NCBI GenBank assembly: GCA_964016885.1
Contig: OZ024764.1
Coordinates: forward strand, 20,398,001 to 20,462,000
Length of the DNA stretch: 64,000 bases
Origin: Eledone cirrhosa
Lineage: Eukaryota
Direction: 5' to 3'
Both the position numbers and the translations under genes were made by a program. The notes under the pieces are model-generated. The model was not told the origin of the DNA, ran no database searches, and worked only from the letters and a program-made list of their open reading frames with translations. The stretch's first letter is position 1. Every line of letters begins with the position of its first letter. Shown here piece after piece: positions 22,213-37,200 of the stretch.

Positions 22213-25200
22213 AGATGTGTGTATTATCTGATTATGTGTTGTATGTGGTCCTAGATGTGTGTATTATCTGATTATGTGTTGTATGTGGTCCTAGATGTGT
22301 GTATTATCTGATTATGTGTTGTATGTGGTCCTAGATGTGTGTATTATCTGATTATGTGTTGTATGTCGTCCTAGATGTGTGTATTATCTGATTATGTGTT
22401 GTATGTGGTCCTAGATGTGTGTATTATCTGATTATGTGTTGTATGTGGTCCTAGATGTGTGTATTATCTGATTATGTGTTGTATGTGGTCCTACATGTGT
22501 GTATTATCTGATTATGTGTTGCATGTGGTCCTACATGTGTGTGTTATCTGATTATGTGTTGTATGTAGTCCTAGATGTGTGTATTATCTGATTATGTGTT
22601 GTATGTGGTCCTAGATGTGTGTATTATCTGATTATGTGTTGTATGTGGTCCTAGATGTGTGTATTATCTGATTATGTGTTGTATGTGGTCCTAGATGTGT
22701 GTATTACCTGATTATGTGTTGTATGTAGTCCTAGATGTGTGTATTATCTGATTATGTGTTGTATGTGGCCCTAGATGTGTGTATTATCTGATTATGTGTT
22801 GTATGTGGTCCTAGATGTGTGTATTATCTGATTATGTGTTGTATGTGGTCCTAGATGTGTGTATTATCTGATTATGTGTTGTATGTGGTCCTAGATGTGT
22901 GTATTATCTGATTATGTGTTGTATGTAGTCCTAGATGTGTGTATTACCTGATTATGTGTTGTATGTAGTCCTAGATGTGTGTATTATCTGATTATGTGTT
23001 GTATGTGGCCCTAGATGTGTGTATTATCTGATTATGTGTTGTATGTGGTCCTAGATGTGTGTATTATCTGATTATGTGTTGCATGTGGTCCTACATGTGT
23101 GTATTATCTGATTATGTGTTGTATGTAGTCCTAGATGTGTGTATTATCTGATTGTGTTGTATGTGGTCCTAGATGTGTGTATTATCTGATTATGTGTTGT
23201 GTGTGGTCCTAGATGTGTGTATTATCTGATTATGTGTTGTATGTGGTCCTAGATGTGTGTATTATCTGATTATGTGTTGTATGTGGTCCTAAATGTGTGT
23301 ATTATCTGATTATGTGTTGTATGTGGTCCTAGATGTGTGTATTATCTGATTATGTGTTGCATGTGGTCCTACATGTGTGTATTATCTGACTATGTGTTGT
23401 ATGTAGTCCTACATGTGTGTATTATCTGATTATGTGTTGTATGTAGTCCTAGATGTGTGTATTATCTGATTATGTGTTGTATGTGGTCCTAGATGTGTGT
23501 ATTATCTGATTATGTGTTGCATGTGGTCCTAGATGTGTGTATTATCTGATTATGTGTTGTATGTGGTCCTAGATGTGTGTATTATCTGATTATGTGTTGT
23601 ATGTGGTCCTAGATGTGTGTATTATCTGATTATGTGTTGTATGTAGTCCTAGATGTGTGTATTATCTGATTATGTGTTGTATGTGGTCCTAGATGTGTGT
23701 ATTATCTGATTATGTGTTGTATGTGGTCCTAGATGTGTGTATTATCTGATTATGTGTTGTATGTGGTCCTAGATGTGTGTATTATCTGATTATGTGTTGT
23801 ATGTGGTCCTAGATGTGTGTATTATCTGATTATGTGTTGTATGTGGTCCTAGATGTGTGTATTATCTGATTATGTGTTGTATGTGGTCCTAGATGTGTGT
23901 ATTATCTGATTATGTGTTGTATGTAGTCCTAGATGTGTGTATTATCTGATTATGTGTTGTATGTGGTCCTAGATGTGTGTATTATCTGATTATATGTTGT
24001 ATGTGGTCCTAGATGTGTGTATTATCTGATTATGTGTTGTATGTGGTCCTAGATGTGTTTATTATCTGATTATGTGTTGTATGTGGTCCTAGCTGTGTGT
24101 ATTATCTGATTATGTGTTGTATGTGGTCCTAGATGTTTGTATTATCTGATTATATGTTGTATGTGGTGCTAGGTGTGTGTATTATCTGATTATGTGTTGT
24201 ATGTGGTCCTAGATGTGTGTATTATCTGATTATGTGTTGTATATGGTCCTAGATGTGTGTATTACCTGATTATGTGTTATATGTGGTCCTAGATGTGTGT
24301 ATTATCTGATTGTGTTGTATGTGGTCCTAGATGTTTGTATTATCTGATTATGTGTTGTATGTGGTCCTAGATGTTTGTATTATCTGATTATATGTTGTAT
24401 GTGGTGCTAGGTGTGTGTATTATCTGATTATGTGTTGTATGTGGTCCTAGATGTGTGTATTATCTGATTATGTGTTGTATATGGTCCTAGATGTGTGTAT
24501 TACCTGATTATGTGTTATATGTGGTCCTAGATGTGTGTATTATCTGATTGTGTTGTATGTGGTCCTAGATGTTTGTATTATCTGATTATGTGTTGTATGT
24601 GGTTCTAGATGTGTGTATTATCTGATTATGTGTTGTATGTGGTCCTAGATGTTTGTATTATCTGATTATGTGTTGTATGTGGTCCTACATGTGTGTATTA
24701 CCTGATTGTGTTGTATGTGGTCCTAGATGTGTGTATTATCTGATTATGTGTTGTATGTGGTCCTACATGTGTGTATTATCTGATTATGTGTTGTATGTGG
24801 TCCTACATGTGTGTATTATCTGATTATGTGTTGTATGTGGTCCTAGATGTGTGTATTATCTGATTATGTGTTGTATGTGGTCCTACATGTGTGTATTACC
24901 TGATTGTGTTGTATGTGGTCCTAGATGTGTGTATTATCTGATTATGTGTTGTATGTGGTCCTAGATGTGTGTATTATCTGATTATGTGTTGTATGTGGTC
25001 CTAGATGTGTGTATTATCTGATTATGTGTTGTATGTGGTCCTAGATGTTTGTATTATCTGATTATGTGTTGTATGTGGTCCTAGATGTATGTATTATCTG
25101 ATTATGTGTTGTATGTGGTCCTACATGTGTGTATTATCTGATTATGTGTTGTATGTGGTCCTAGATGTGTGTATTATCTGATTATGTGTTGTATGTGGTC

Positions 25201-28200
25201 CTAGATGTGTGTATTATCTGATTATGTGTTGTATGTGGTCCTAGATGTGTGTATTACCTGATTGTGTGTTGTATGTGGTCCTAGATGTGTGTATTATCTG
25301 ATTATGTGTTGTATGTGGTCCTAGATGTGTGTATTACCTGATTGTGTGTTGTATGTGGTCCTAGATGTGTGTATTATCTGATTATGTGTTGTATGTGGTC
25401 CTAGATGTGTGTATTATCTGATTATGTGTTGTATGTAGTCCTAGATGTGTGTATTATCTGATTATGTGTTGTATGTGGTCCTAGATGTTTGTATTATCTG
25501 ATTATGTGTTGTATGTGGTCCTAGATGTATGTATTATCTGATTATGTGTTGTATGTGGTCCTACATGTGTGTATTATCTGATTATGTGTTGTATGTGGCC
25601 CTAGATGTGTGTATTATCTGATTATGTGTTGTATGTGGTCCTAGATGTTTGTATTATCTGATTATGTGTTGTATGTGGTCCTAGATGTATGTATTATCTG
25701 ATTATGTGTTGTATGTGGTCCTACATGTGTGTATTATCTGATTATGTGTTGTATGTGGTCCTAGATGTGTGTATTATCTGATTATGTGTTGTATGTGGTC
25801 CTACATGTGTGTATTATCTGATTATGTGTTGTATGTGGTCCTAGATGTGTGTATTATCTGATTATGTGTTGTATGTGGTCCTACATGTGTGTATTATCTG
25901 ATTATGTGTTGTATGTGGTCCTACATGTGTGTATTATCTGATTATGTGTTGTATGTGGTCCTACATGTGTGTATTATCTGATTATGTGTTGTATGTGGTC
26001 CTAGATGTGTGTATTATCTGATTATGTGTTGTATGTGGTCCTAGATGTGTGTATTATCTGATTATGTGTTGTATGTGGTCCTAGATGTGTGTATTATCTG
26101 ATTATGTGTTGTATGTGGTCCTACATGTGTGTATTATCTGATTATGTGTTGTATGTGGTCCTACATGTGTGTATTATCTGATTATGTGTTGTATGTGGTC
26201 CTAGATGTGTGTATTATCTGATTATGTGTTGTATGTGGTCCTACATGTGTGTATTATCTGATTATGTGTTGTATGTGGTCCTAGACGTGTGTATTATCTG
26301 ATTATGTGTTGTATGTGGTCCTAGATGTGTGTATTATCTGATTATGTGTTGTATGTGGTCCTAGATGTGTGTATTATCTGATTATGTGTTGTATGTGGTC
26401 CTACATGTGTGTATTATCTGATTATGTGTTGTATGTGGTCCTACATGTGTGTATTATCTGATTATGTGTTGTATGTGGTCCTAGATGTGTGTATTATCTG
26501 ATTATGTGTTGTATGTGGTCCTACATGTGTGTATTATCTGATTATGTGTTGTATGTGGTCCTAGACGTGTGTATTATCTGATTATGTGTTGTATGTGGTC
26601 CTAGATGTGTGTATTATCTGATTATGTGTTGTATGTGGTCCTAGATGTGTGTATTATCTGATTATGTGTTGTATGTGGTCCTACATGTGTGTATTATCTG
26701 ATTATGTGTTGTATGTGGTCCTACATGTGTGTATTATCTGATTATGTGTTGTATGTGGTCCTAGATGTGTGTATTATCTGATTATGTGTTGTATGTGGTC
26801 CTACATGTGTGTATTATCTGATTATGTGTTGTATGTGGTCCTACATGTGTGTATTATCTGATTATGTGTTGTATGTGGTCCTAGACGTGTGTATTATCTG
26901 ATTATGTGTTGTATGTGGTCCTAGATGTGTGTATTATCTGATTATGTGTTGTATGTGGTCCTAGATGTGTGTATTATCTGATTATGTGTTGTATGTGGTC
27001 CTAGATGTGTGTATTATCTGATTATGTGTTGTATGTGGTCCTACATGTGTGTATTATCTGATTATGTGTTGTATGTGGTCCTACATGTGTGTATTATCTG
27101 ATTATGTGTTGTATGTGGTCCTAGATGTGTGTATTATCTGATTATGTGTTGTATGTGGTCCTAGATGTGTGTATTATCTGATTATGTGTTGTATGTGGTC
27201 CTAGATGTGTGTATTATCTGATTTTGTGTTGTATGTGGTCCTACATGTGTGTATTATCTGATTATGTGTTGTATGTGGTCCTAGATGTGTGTATTATCTG
27301 ATTATGTGTTGTATGTGGTCCTAGATGTGTGTATTATCTGATTTTGTGTTGTATGTGGTCCTACATGTGTGTATTATCTGATTATGTGTTGTATGTGGTC
27401 CTACATGTGTGTATTATCTGATTATGTGTTGCATGTGGTCCTACATGTGTGTATTATCTGATTATGTGTTGTATGTGGTCCTAGATGTGTGTATTACCTG
27501 ATTGTGTTGTATGTGGTCCTAGATGTGTGTATTATCTGATTATGTGTTGTATGTGGTCCTACATGTGTGTATTATCTGATTATGTGTTGCATGTGGTCCT
27601 AGATGTGTGTATTATCTGATTGTGTTGTATGTGGTCCTAGATGTGTGTATTATCTGATTATGTGTTGCATGTGGTCCTACATGTGTGTATTATCTGATTA
27701 TGTGTTGTATGTGGTCCTAGATGTGTGTATTATCTGATTATGTGTTGCATGTGGTCCTAGATGTGTGTATTATCTGATTGTGTTGTATGTGGTCCTACAT
27801 GTGTGTATTATCTGATTATGTGTTGTATGTGGTCCTAGATGTGTGTATTATCTGATTGTGTTGTATGTGGTCCTACATGTGTGTATTATCTGATTATGTG
27901 TTGTATGTGGTCCTACATGTGTGTATTATCTGATTATGTGTTGCATGTGGTCCTAGATGTGTGTATTATCTGATTATGTGTTGTATGTGGTCCTAGATGT
28001 GTGTATTACCTGATTGTGTTGTATGTGGTCCTAGATGTGTGTATTATCTGATTATGTGTTGTATGTGGTCCTAGATGTGTGTATTATCTGATTATATGTT
28101 GTATGTGGTCCTACATGTGTGTATTATCTGATTATGTGTTGTATGTGGTCCTAGATGTGTGTATTATCTGATTATATGTTGTATGTGGTCCTACATGTGT

Positions 28201-31200
28201 GTATTATCTGATTATGTGTTGTATGTGGTCCTAGATGTGTGTATTACCTGATTATGTGTTGTATGTGGTCCTAGATGTGTGTATTACCTGATTGTGTTGT
28301 ATGTGGTCCTAGATGTGTGTATTATCTGATTATGTGTTGTATGTGGTCCTAGATGTGTGTATTACCTGATTATGTGTTGTATGTGGTCCTAGATGTGTGT
28401 ATTATCTGATTATGTGTTGTATGTGGTCCTAGATGTGTGTATTACCTGATTATGTGTTGTATGTGGTCCTAGATGTGTGTATTATCTGATTGTGTTGTAT
28501 GTGGTCCTAGATGTGTGTATTATCTGATTATGTGTTGCATGTGGTCCTACATGTGTGTATTACCTGATTGTGTTGTATGTGGTCCTACATGTGTGTATTA
28601 CCTGATTGTGTTGTATGTGGTCCTAGATGTGTGTATTATCTGATTATGTGTTGTATGTGGTCCTACATGTGTGTATTATCTGATTATGTGTTGTATGTGG
28701 TCCTACATGTGTGTATTACCTGATTGTGTTGTATGTGGTCCTAGATGTGTGTATTATCTGATTATGTGTTGTATGTGGTCCTACATGTGTGTATTATCTG
28801 ATTATGTGTTGTATGTGGTCCTACATGTGTGTATTATCTGATTATGTGTTGTATGTGGTCCTAGATGTGTGTATTATCTGATTATGTGTTGTATGTGGTC
28901 CTACATGTGTGTATTACCTGATTGTGTTGTATGTGGTCCTAGATGTGTGTATTATCTGATTATGTGTTGTATGTGGTCCTACATGTGTGTATTATCTGAT
29001 TATGTGTTGTATGTGGTCCTAGATGTGTGTATTATCTGATTATGTGTTGCATGTGGTCCTACATGTGTGTATTACCTGATTGTGTTGTATGTGGTCCTAG
29101 ATGTGTGTATTATCTGATTATGTGTTGTATGTGGTCCTAGATGTGTGTATTATCTGATTATGTGTTGTATGTGGTCCTACATGTGTGTATTATCTGATTA
29201 TGTGTTGTATGTGGTCCTAGATGTGTGTATTATCTGATTATGTGTTGTATGTAGTCCTAGATGTGTGTATTATCTGATTATGTGTTGTATGTGGTCCTAG
29301 ATGTGTGTATTATCTGATTATGTGTTGTATGTAGTCCTAGATGTGTGTATTATCTGATTATGTGTTGTATGTGGTCCTAGATGTGTGTATTATCTGATTA
29401 TGTGTTGTATGTAGTCCTAGATGTGTGTATTATCTGATTATGTGTTGTATGTGGTCCTAGATGTGTGTATTATCTGATTATGTGTTGTATGTAGTCCTAG
29501 ATGTGTGTATTATCTGATTATGTGTTGTATGTGGTCCTAGATGTGTGTATTATCTGATTATGTGTTGTATGTAGTCCTAGATGTGTGTATTATCTGATTA
29601 TGTGTTGTATGTGGTCCTAGATGTGTGTATTATCTGATTATGTGTTGTATGTAGTCCTAGATGTGTGTATTATCTGATTATGTGTTGTATGTGGTCCTAG
29701 ATGTGTGTATTATCTGATTATGTGTTGTATGTGGTCCTAGATGTGTGTATTATCTGATTATGTGTTGTATGTAGTCCTAGATGTGTGTATTATCTGATTA
29801 TGTGTTGTATGTGGTCCTAGATGTGTGTATTATCTGATTATGTGTTGTATGTAGTCCTAGATGTGTGTATTATCTGATTATGTGTTGTATGTGGTCCTAG
29901 ATGTGTGTATTATCTGATTATGTGTTGTATGTGGTCCTAGATGTGTGTATTATCTGATTATGTGTTGTATGTAGTCCTAGATGTGTGTATTATCTGATTA
30001 TGTGTTGTATGTGGTCCTAGATGTGTGTATTATCTGATTATGTGTTGTATGTAGTCCTAGATGTGTGTATTATCTGATTATGTGTTGTATGTGGTCCTAG
30101 ATGTGTGTATTATCTGATTATGTGTTGTATGTAGTCCTAGATGTGTGTATTATCTGATTATGTGTTGTATGTGGTCCTAGATGTGTGTATTATCTGATTA
30201 TGTGTTGTATGTAGTCCTAGATGTGTGTATTATCTGATTATGTGTTGTATGTGGTCCTAGATGTGTGTATTATCTGATTATGTGTTGTATGTAGTCCTAG
30301 ATGTGTGTATTATCTGATTATGTGTTGTATGTGGTCCTAGATGTGTGTATTATCTGATTATGTGTTGTATGTAGTCCTAGATGTGTGTATTATCTGATTA
30401 TGTGTTGTATGTGGTCCTAGATGTGTGTATTATCTGATTATGTGTTGTATGTAGTCCTAGATGTGTGTATTATCTGATTATGTGTTGTATGTGGTCCTAG
30501 ATGTGTGTATTATCTGATTATGTGTTGTATGTAGTCCTAGATGTGTGTATTATCTGATTATGTGTTGTATGTGGTCCTAGATGTGTGTATTATCTGATTA
30601 TGTGTTGTATGTAGTCCTAGATGTGTGTATTATCTGATTATGTGTTGTATGTAGTCCTAGATGTGTGTATTATCTGATTATGTGTTGTATGTAGTCCTAG
30701 ATGTGTGTATTATCTGATTATGTGTTGTATGTGGTCCTACATGTGTGTATTATCTGATTATGTGTTGTATGTGGTCCTACATGTGTGTATTATCTGATTG
30801 TGTTGTATGTAGTCCTAGATGTGTGTATTATCTGATTATGTGTTGTATGTGGTCCTACATGTGTGTATTATCTGATTATGTGTTGTATGTGGTCCTACAT
30901 GTGTGTATTATCTGATTGTGTTGTATGTGGTCCTAGATGTGTGTATTATCTGATTATGTGTTGTATGTAGTCCTAGATGTGTGTATTATCTGATTATGTG
31001 TTGTATATGGTCCTAGATGTGTGTATTATCTGATTGTGTTGTATGTAGTCCTACATGTGTGTATTATCTGATTATGTGTTGTATGTGGTCCTACATGTGT
31101 GTATTATCTGATTGTGTTGTATGTGGTCCTACATGTGTGTATTACCTGATTATGTGTTGTATGTGGTCCTAGATGTGTGTATTATCTGATTATGTGTTGT

Positions 31201-34200
31201 ATGTAGTCCTAGATGTGTGTATTATCTGATTATGTGTTGTATGTGGTCCTACATGTGTGTATTATCTGATTATGTGTTGTATGTAGTCCTAGATGTGTGT
31301 ATTATCTGATTATGTGTTGTATGTGGTCCTAGATGTGTGTATTATCTGATTATGTGTTGTATGTGGTCCTAGATGTGTGTATTATCTGATTATGTGTTGT
31401 ATGTAGTCCTACATGTGTGTATTATCTGATTATGTGTTGTATGTGGTCCTAGATGTGTGTATTATCTGATTATGTGTTGTATGTGGTCCTACATGTGTGT
31501 ATTATCTGATTATGTGTTGTATGTGGTCCTAGATGTGTGTATTATCTGATTATGTGTTGTATGTGGTCCTAGATGTGTGTATTATCTGATTATGTGTTGT
31601 ATGTAGTCCTAGATGTGTGTATTATCTGATTATGTGTTGTATGTAGTCCTACATGTGTGTATTATCTGATTATGTGTTGTATGTAGTCCTAGATGTGTGT
31701 ATTATCTGATTATGTGTTGTATGTAGTCCTACATGTGTGTATTATCTGATTATGTGTTGTATGTAGTCCTAGATGTGTGTATTATCTGATTATGTGTTGT
31801 ATGTGGTCCTAGATGTGTGTATTATCTGATTATGTGTTGTATGTGGTCCTAGATGTGTGTATTATCTGATTATGTGTTGTATGTGGTCCTACATGTGTGT
31901 ATTATCTGATTATGTGTTGTATGTGGTCCTAGATGTGTGTATTATCTGATTATGTGTTGTATGTGGTCCTAGATGTGTGTATTATCTGATTATGTGTTGT
32001 ATGTAGTCCTAGATGTGTGTATTATCTGATTATGTGTTGTATGTGGTCCTAGATGTGTGTATTATCTGATTATGTGTTGTATGTGGTCCTAGATGTGTGT
32101 ATTATCTGATTATGTGTTGTATGTGGTCCTACATGTGTGTATTATCTGATTGTGTTGTATGTGGTCCTAGATGTGTGTATTATCTGATTATGTGTTGTAT
32201 GTGGTCCTAGACGTGTGTATTATCTGATTATGTGTTGTATGTGGTCCTAGATGTGTGTATTATCTGATTTTGTGTTGTATGTGGTCCTACATGTGTGTAT
32301 TATCTGATTATGTGTTGTATGTGGTCCTAGATGTGTGTATTATCTGATTATGTGTTGTATGTGGTCCTAGATGTGTGTATTATCTGATTTTGTGTTGTAT
32401 GTGGTCCTACATGTGTGTATTATCTGATTATGTGTTGTATGTGGTCCTAGATGTGTGTATTATCTGATTATGTGTTGTATGTGGTCCTAGATGTGTGTAT
32501 TATCTGATTATGTGTTGTATGTGGTCCTAGATGTGTGTATTATCTGATTATGTGTTGTATGTGGTCCTACATGTGTGTATTATCTGATTATGTGTTGTAT
32601 GTGGTCCTAGATGTGTGTATTATCTGATTAAATGTTGTATGTGGTCCTAGATGTGTGTATTATCTGATTATGTGTTGTATGTGGTCCTAGATGTGTGTAT
32701 TATCTGATTATGTGTTGTATGTGGTCCTAGATGTGTGTATTATCTGATTATGTGTTGTATGTGGTCCTAGATGTGTGTATTACCTGATTATGTGTTGTAT
32801 GTGGTCCTAGATGTGTGTATTACCTGATTATGTGTTGTATGTGGTCCTAGATGTGTGTATTACCTGATTATGTGTTGTATGTGGTCCTAGATGTGTGTAT
32901 TACCTGATTGTGTTGTATGTGGTCCTAGATGTGTGTATTACCTGATTATGTGTTGTATGTGGTCCTAGATGTGTGTATTACCTGATTGTGTTGTATGTGG
33001 TCCTAGATGTGTGTATTATCTGATTATGTGTTGTATGTGGTCCTACATGTGTGTATTATCTGATTATGTGTTGTATGTGGTCCTAGATGTGTGTATTATC
33101 TGATTATGTGTTGTATGTGGTCCTAGATGTGTGTATTATCTGATTATGTGTTGTATGTGGTCCTAGATGTGTGTATTATCTGATTATGTGTTGTATGTGG
33201 TCCTAGATGTGTGTATTATCTGATTATGTGTTGTATGTGGTCCTAGATGTGTGTATTATCTGATTATGTGTTGTATGTGGTCCTAGATGTGTGTATTATC
33301 TGATTATGTGTTGTATGTGGTCCTAGATGTGTGTATTATCTGATTATGTGTTGTATGTGGTCCTAGATGTGTGTATTATCTGATTATGTGTTGTATGTGG
33401 TCCTAGATGTGTGTATTATCTGATTATGTGTTGTATGTGGTCCTAGATGTGTGTATTATCTGATTAAATGTTGTATGTGGTCCTAGATATTTGTATTATC
33501 TGATTATGTGTTGCATGTGGTCCTACATGTGTGTATTATCTGATTGTGTTGTATGTAGTCCTAGATGTGTGTATTATCTGATTATGTGTTGTATGTGGTC
33601 CTAGATGTGTGTATTATCTGATTATGTGTTGTATGTGGTCCTAGATGTGTGTATTATCTGATTATGTGTTGTATGTGGTCCTACATGTGTGTATTATCTG
33701 ATTATGTGTTGTATGTAGTCCTAGATGTGTGTATTATCTGATTATGTGTTGTATGTGGTCCTAGATGTGTGTATTATCTGATTATGTGTTGTATGTGGTC
33801 CTAGATGTGTGTATTATCTGATTATGTGTTGTATGTGGTCCTAGATGTGTGTATTATCTGATTATGTGTTGTATGTAGTCCTAGATGTGTGTATTATCTG
33901 ATTATGTGTTGTATGTGGTCCTAGATGTGTGTATTATCTGATTATGTGTTGTATGTGGTCCTAGATGTGTGTATTATCTGATTATGTGTTGTATGTGGTC
34001 CTAGATGTGTGTATTATCTGATTATGTGTTGTATGTGGTCCTAGATGTGTGTATTATCTGATTGTGTTGTATGTGGTCCTAGATGTGTGTATTATCTGAT
34101 TATGTGTTGTATGTGGTCCTAGATGTGTGTATTATCTGATTATGTGTTGTATGTAGTCCTAGATGTGTGTATTATCTGATTGTGTTGTATGTGGTCCTAG

Positions 34201-37200
34201 ATGTGTGTATTATCTGATTATGTGTTGTATGTGGTCCTAGATGTGTGTATTATCTGATTATGTGTTGTATGTGGTCCTAGATGTGTGTATTATCTGATTA
34301 TGTGTTGTATATGGTCCTAAATGTGTGTATTATCTGATTATGTGTTGTATGTGGTCCTAGATGTGTGTATTATCTGATTATGTGTTGCATGTGGTCCTAC
34401 ATGTGTGTATTATCTGATTATGTGTTGTATGTAGTCCTACATGTGTGTATTATCTGATTATGTGTTGTATGTAGTCCTAGATGTGTGTATTATCTGATTA
34501 TGTGTTGTATGTGGTCCTAGATGTGTGTATTATCTGATTATGTGTTGCATGTGGTCCTAGATGTGTGTATTATCTGATTATGTGTTGTATGTGGTCCTAG
34601 ATGTGTGTATTATCTGATTATGTGTTGTATGTGGTCCTAGATGTGTGTATTATCTGATTATGTGTTGTATGTAGTCCTAGATGTGTGTATTATCTGATTA
34701 TGTGTTGTATGTGGTCCTAGATGTGTGTATTATCTGATTATGTGTTGTATGTGGTCCTAGACGTGTGTATTATCTGATTATGTGTTGTATGTGGTCCTAG
34801 ATGTGTGTATTATCTGATTATGTGTTGTATGTGGTCCTAGATGTGTGTATTATCTGATTATGTGTTGTATGTGGTCCTAGATGTGTGTATTATCTGATTA
34901 TGTGTTGCATGTGGTCCTACATGTGTGTATTATCTGATTATGTGTTGTATGTAGTCCTAGATGTGTGTATTATCTGATTGTGTTGTATGTGGTCCTAGAT
35001 GTGTGTATTATCTGATTATGTGTTGTATGTGGTCCTAGATGTGTGTATTATCTGATTATGTGTTGTATGTGGTCCTAGATGTGTGTATTATCTGATTATG
35101 TGTTGTATGCGGTCCTAGATGTGTGTATTATCTGATTATGTGTTGTATGTGGTCCTAGATGTTTGTATTATCTGATTATGTGTTGCATGTGGTCCTACAT
35201 GTGTGTATTATCTGATTGTGTATGTAGTCCTAGATGTGTGTATTATCTGATTATGTGTTGTATGTGGTCCTAGATGTGTGTATTATCTGATTATGTGTTG
35301 TATGTGGTCCTAGATGTGTGTATTATCTGATTATGTGTTGTATGTGGTCCTAGATGTGTATATTATCTGATTATGTGTTGCATGTGGTCCTACATGTGTG
35401 TATTATCTGATTATGTGTTGTATGTCGTCCTAGATGTTTGTATTATCTGATTGTGTGTTGCATGTGGTCCTACATGTGTGTATTATCTGATTATGTGTTG
35501 TATGTGGTCCTAGATGTGTGTATTATCTGATTATGTGTTGCATGTGGTCCTACATGTGTGTATTATCTGATTATGTGTTGTATGTAGTCCTACATGTGTG
35601 TATTATCTGATTATGTGTTGTATGTAGTCCTAGATGTGTGTATTATCTGATTATGTGTTGTATGTGGTCCTAGATGTGTGTATTATCTGATTATGTGTTG
35701 TATGTGGTCCTAGATGTGTGTATTATCTGATTATGTGTTGTATGTAGTCCTAGATGTGTGTATTATCTGATTATGTGTTGTATGTGGTCCTAGATGTGTG
35801 TATTATCTGATTATGTGTTGTATGTGGTCCTAGATGTGTGTATTATCTGATTATGTGTTGTATGTGGTCCTAGATGTTTGTATTATCTGATTATATGTTG
35901 TATGTGGTGCTAGGTGTGTGTATTATCTGATTATGTGTTGTATGTGGTCCTAGATGTGTGTGTTATCTGATTATGTGTTGTATGTGGTCCTAGATGTGTG
36001 TATTATCTGATTATGTGTTGTATGTAGTCCTAGATGTGTGTATTATCTGATTATGTGTTGTATGTGGTCCTAGATGTTTGTATTATCTGATTATGTGTTG
36101 TATGTGGTCCTAGATGTGTGTATTATCTGATTATGTGTTGTATGTGGTCCTAGATGTTGTATTATCTGATTATGTGTTGTATGTGGTCCTAGATGTGTGT
36201 ATTATCTGATTATGTGTTGTATGTGGTCCTAGATGTGTGTATTATCTGATTATGTGTTGTCTGTGGTCCTAGATGTGTGTATTATCTGATTATGTGTTGT
36301 ATGTGGTCCTAGATGTGTGTATTATCTGATTATGTGTTGTATGTGGTCCTAGATGTGTGTATTATCTGATTATGTGTTGTATGTGGTCCTAGATGTGTGT
36401 ATTATCTGATTAATGTGTTGTATGTGGTCCTAGATATTGTGTATTATCTGATTATGTGTTGTATGTGGTCCTAGATGTGTGTATTATCTGATTGTGTTGT
36501 ATGTGTCCTAGATGTGTGTATTATCTGATTATGTGTTGTATGTGGTCCTAGATGTGTTGTATTATCTGATTATGTGTTGTATGTGGTCCTAGATGTGTGT
36601 ATTATCTGATTATGTGTTGTATGTGGTCCTAGATGTGTGTATTATCTGATTATGTGTTGTATGTGTCCTAGATGTGTGTATTATCTGATTATGTGTTGTA
36701 TGTGGTCCTAGATGTGTGTATTATCTGATTATGTGTTGTATGTGGTCCTAGATGTGTGTATTATCTGATTATGTGTTGTATGTGGTCCTAGATGTGTGTA
36801 TTATCTGATTATGTGTTGTATGTGGTCCTAGATGTGTGTATTATCTGATTATGTGTTGTATGTGGTCCTAGATGTGTGTATTATCTGATTAGTGTTGTAT
36901 GTGGTCCTAGATGTGTGTATTATCTGATTATGTGTTGTATGTGGTCCTAGATGTGTGTATTATCTGATTATGTGTTGTATGTGGTCCTAGATGTGTGTAT
37001 TATCTGATTATGTGTTGTATGTGGTCCTAATGTGTGTATTATCTGATTATGTGTTGTATGTGGTCCTAGATGTGTGTATTATCTGATTATGTGTTGCATG
37101 TGGTCCTACATGTGTGTATTATCTGATTATGTGTTGTATGTAGTCCTACATGTGTGTATTATCTGATTATGTGTTGTATGTGGTCCTAGATGTGTGTATT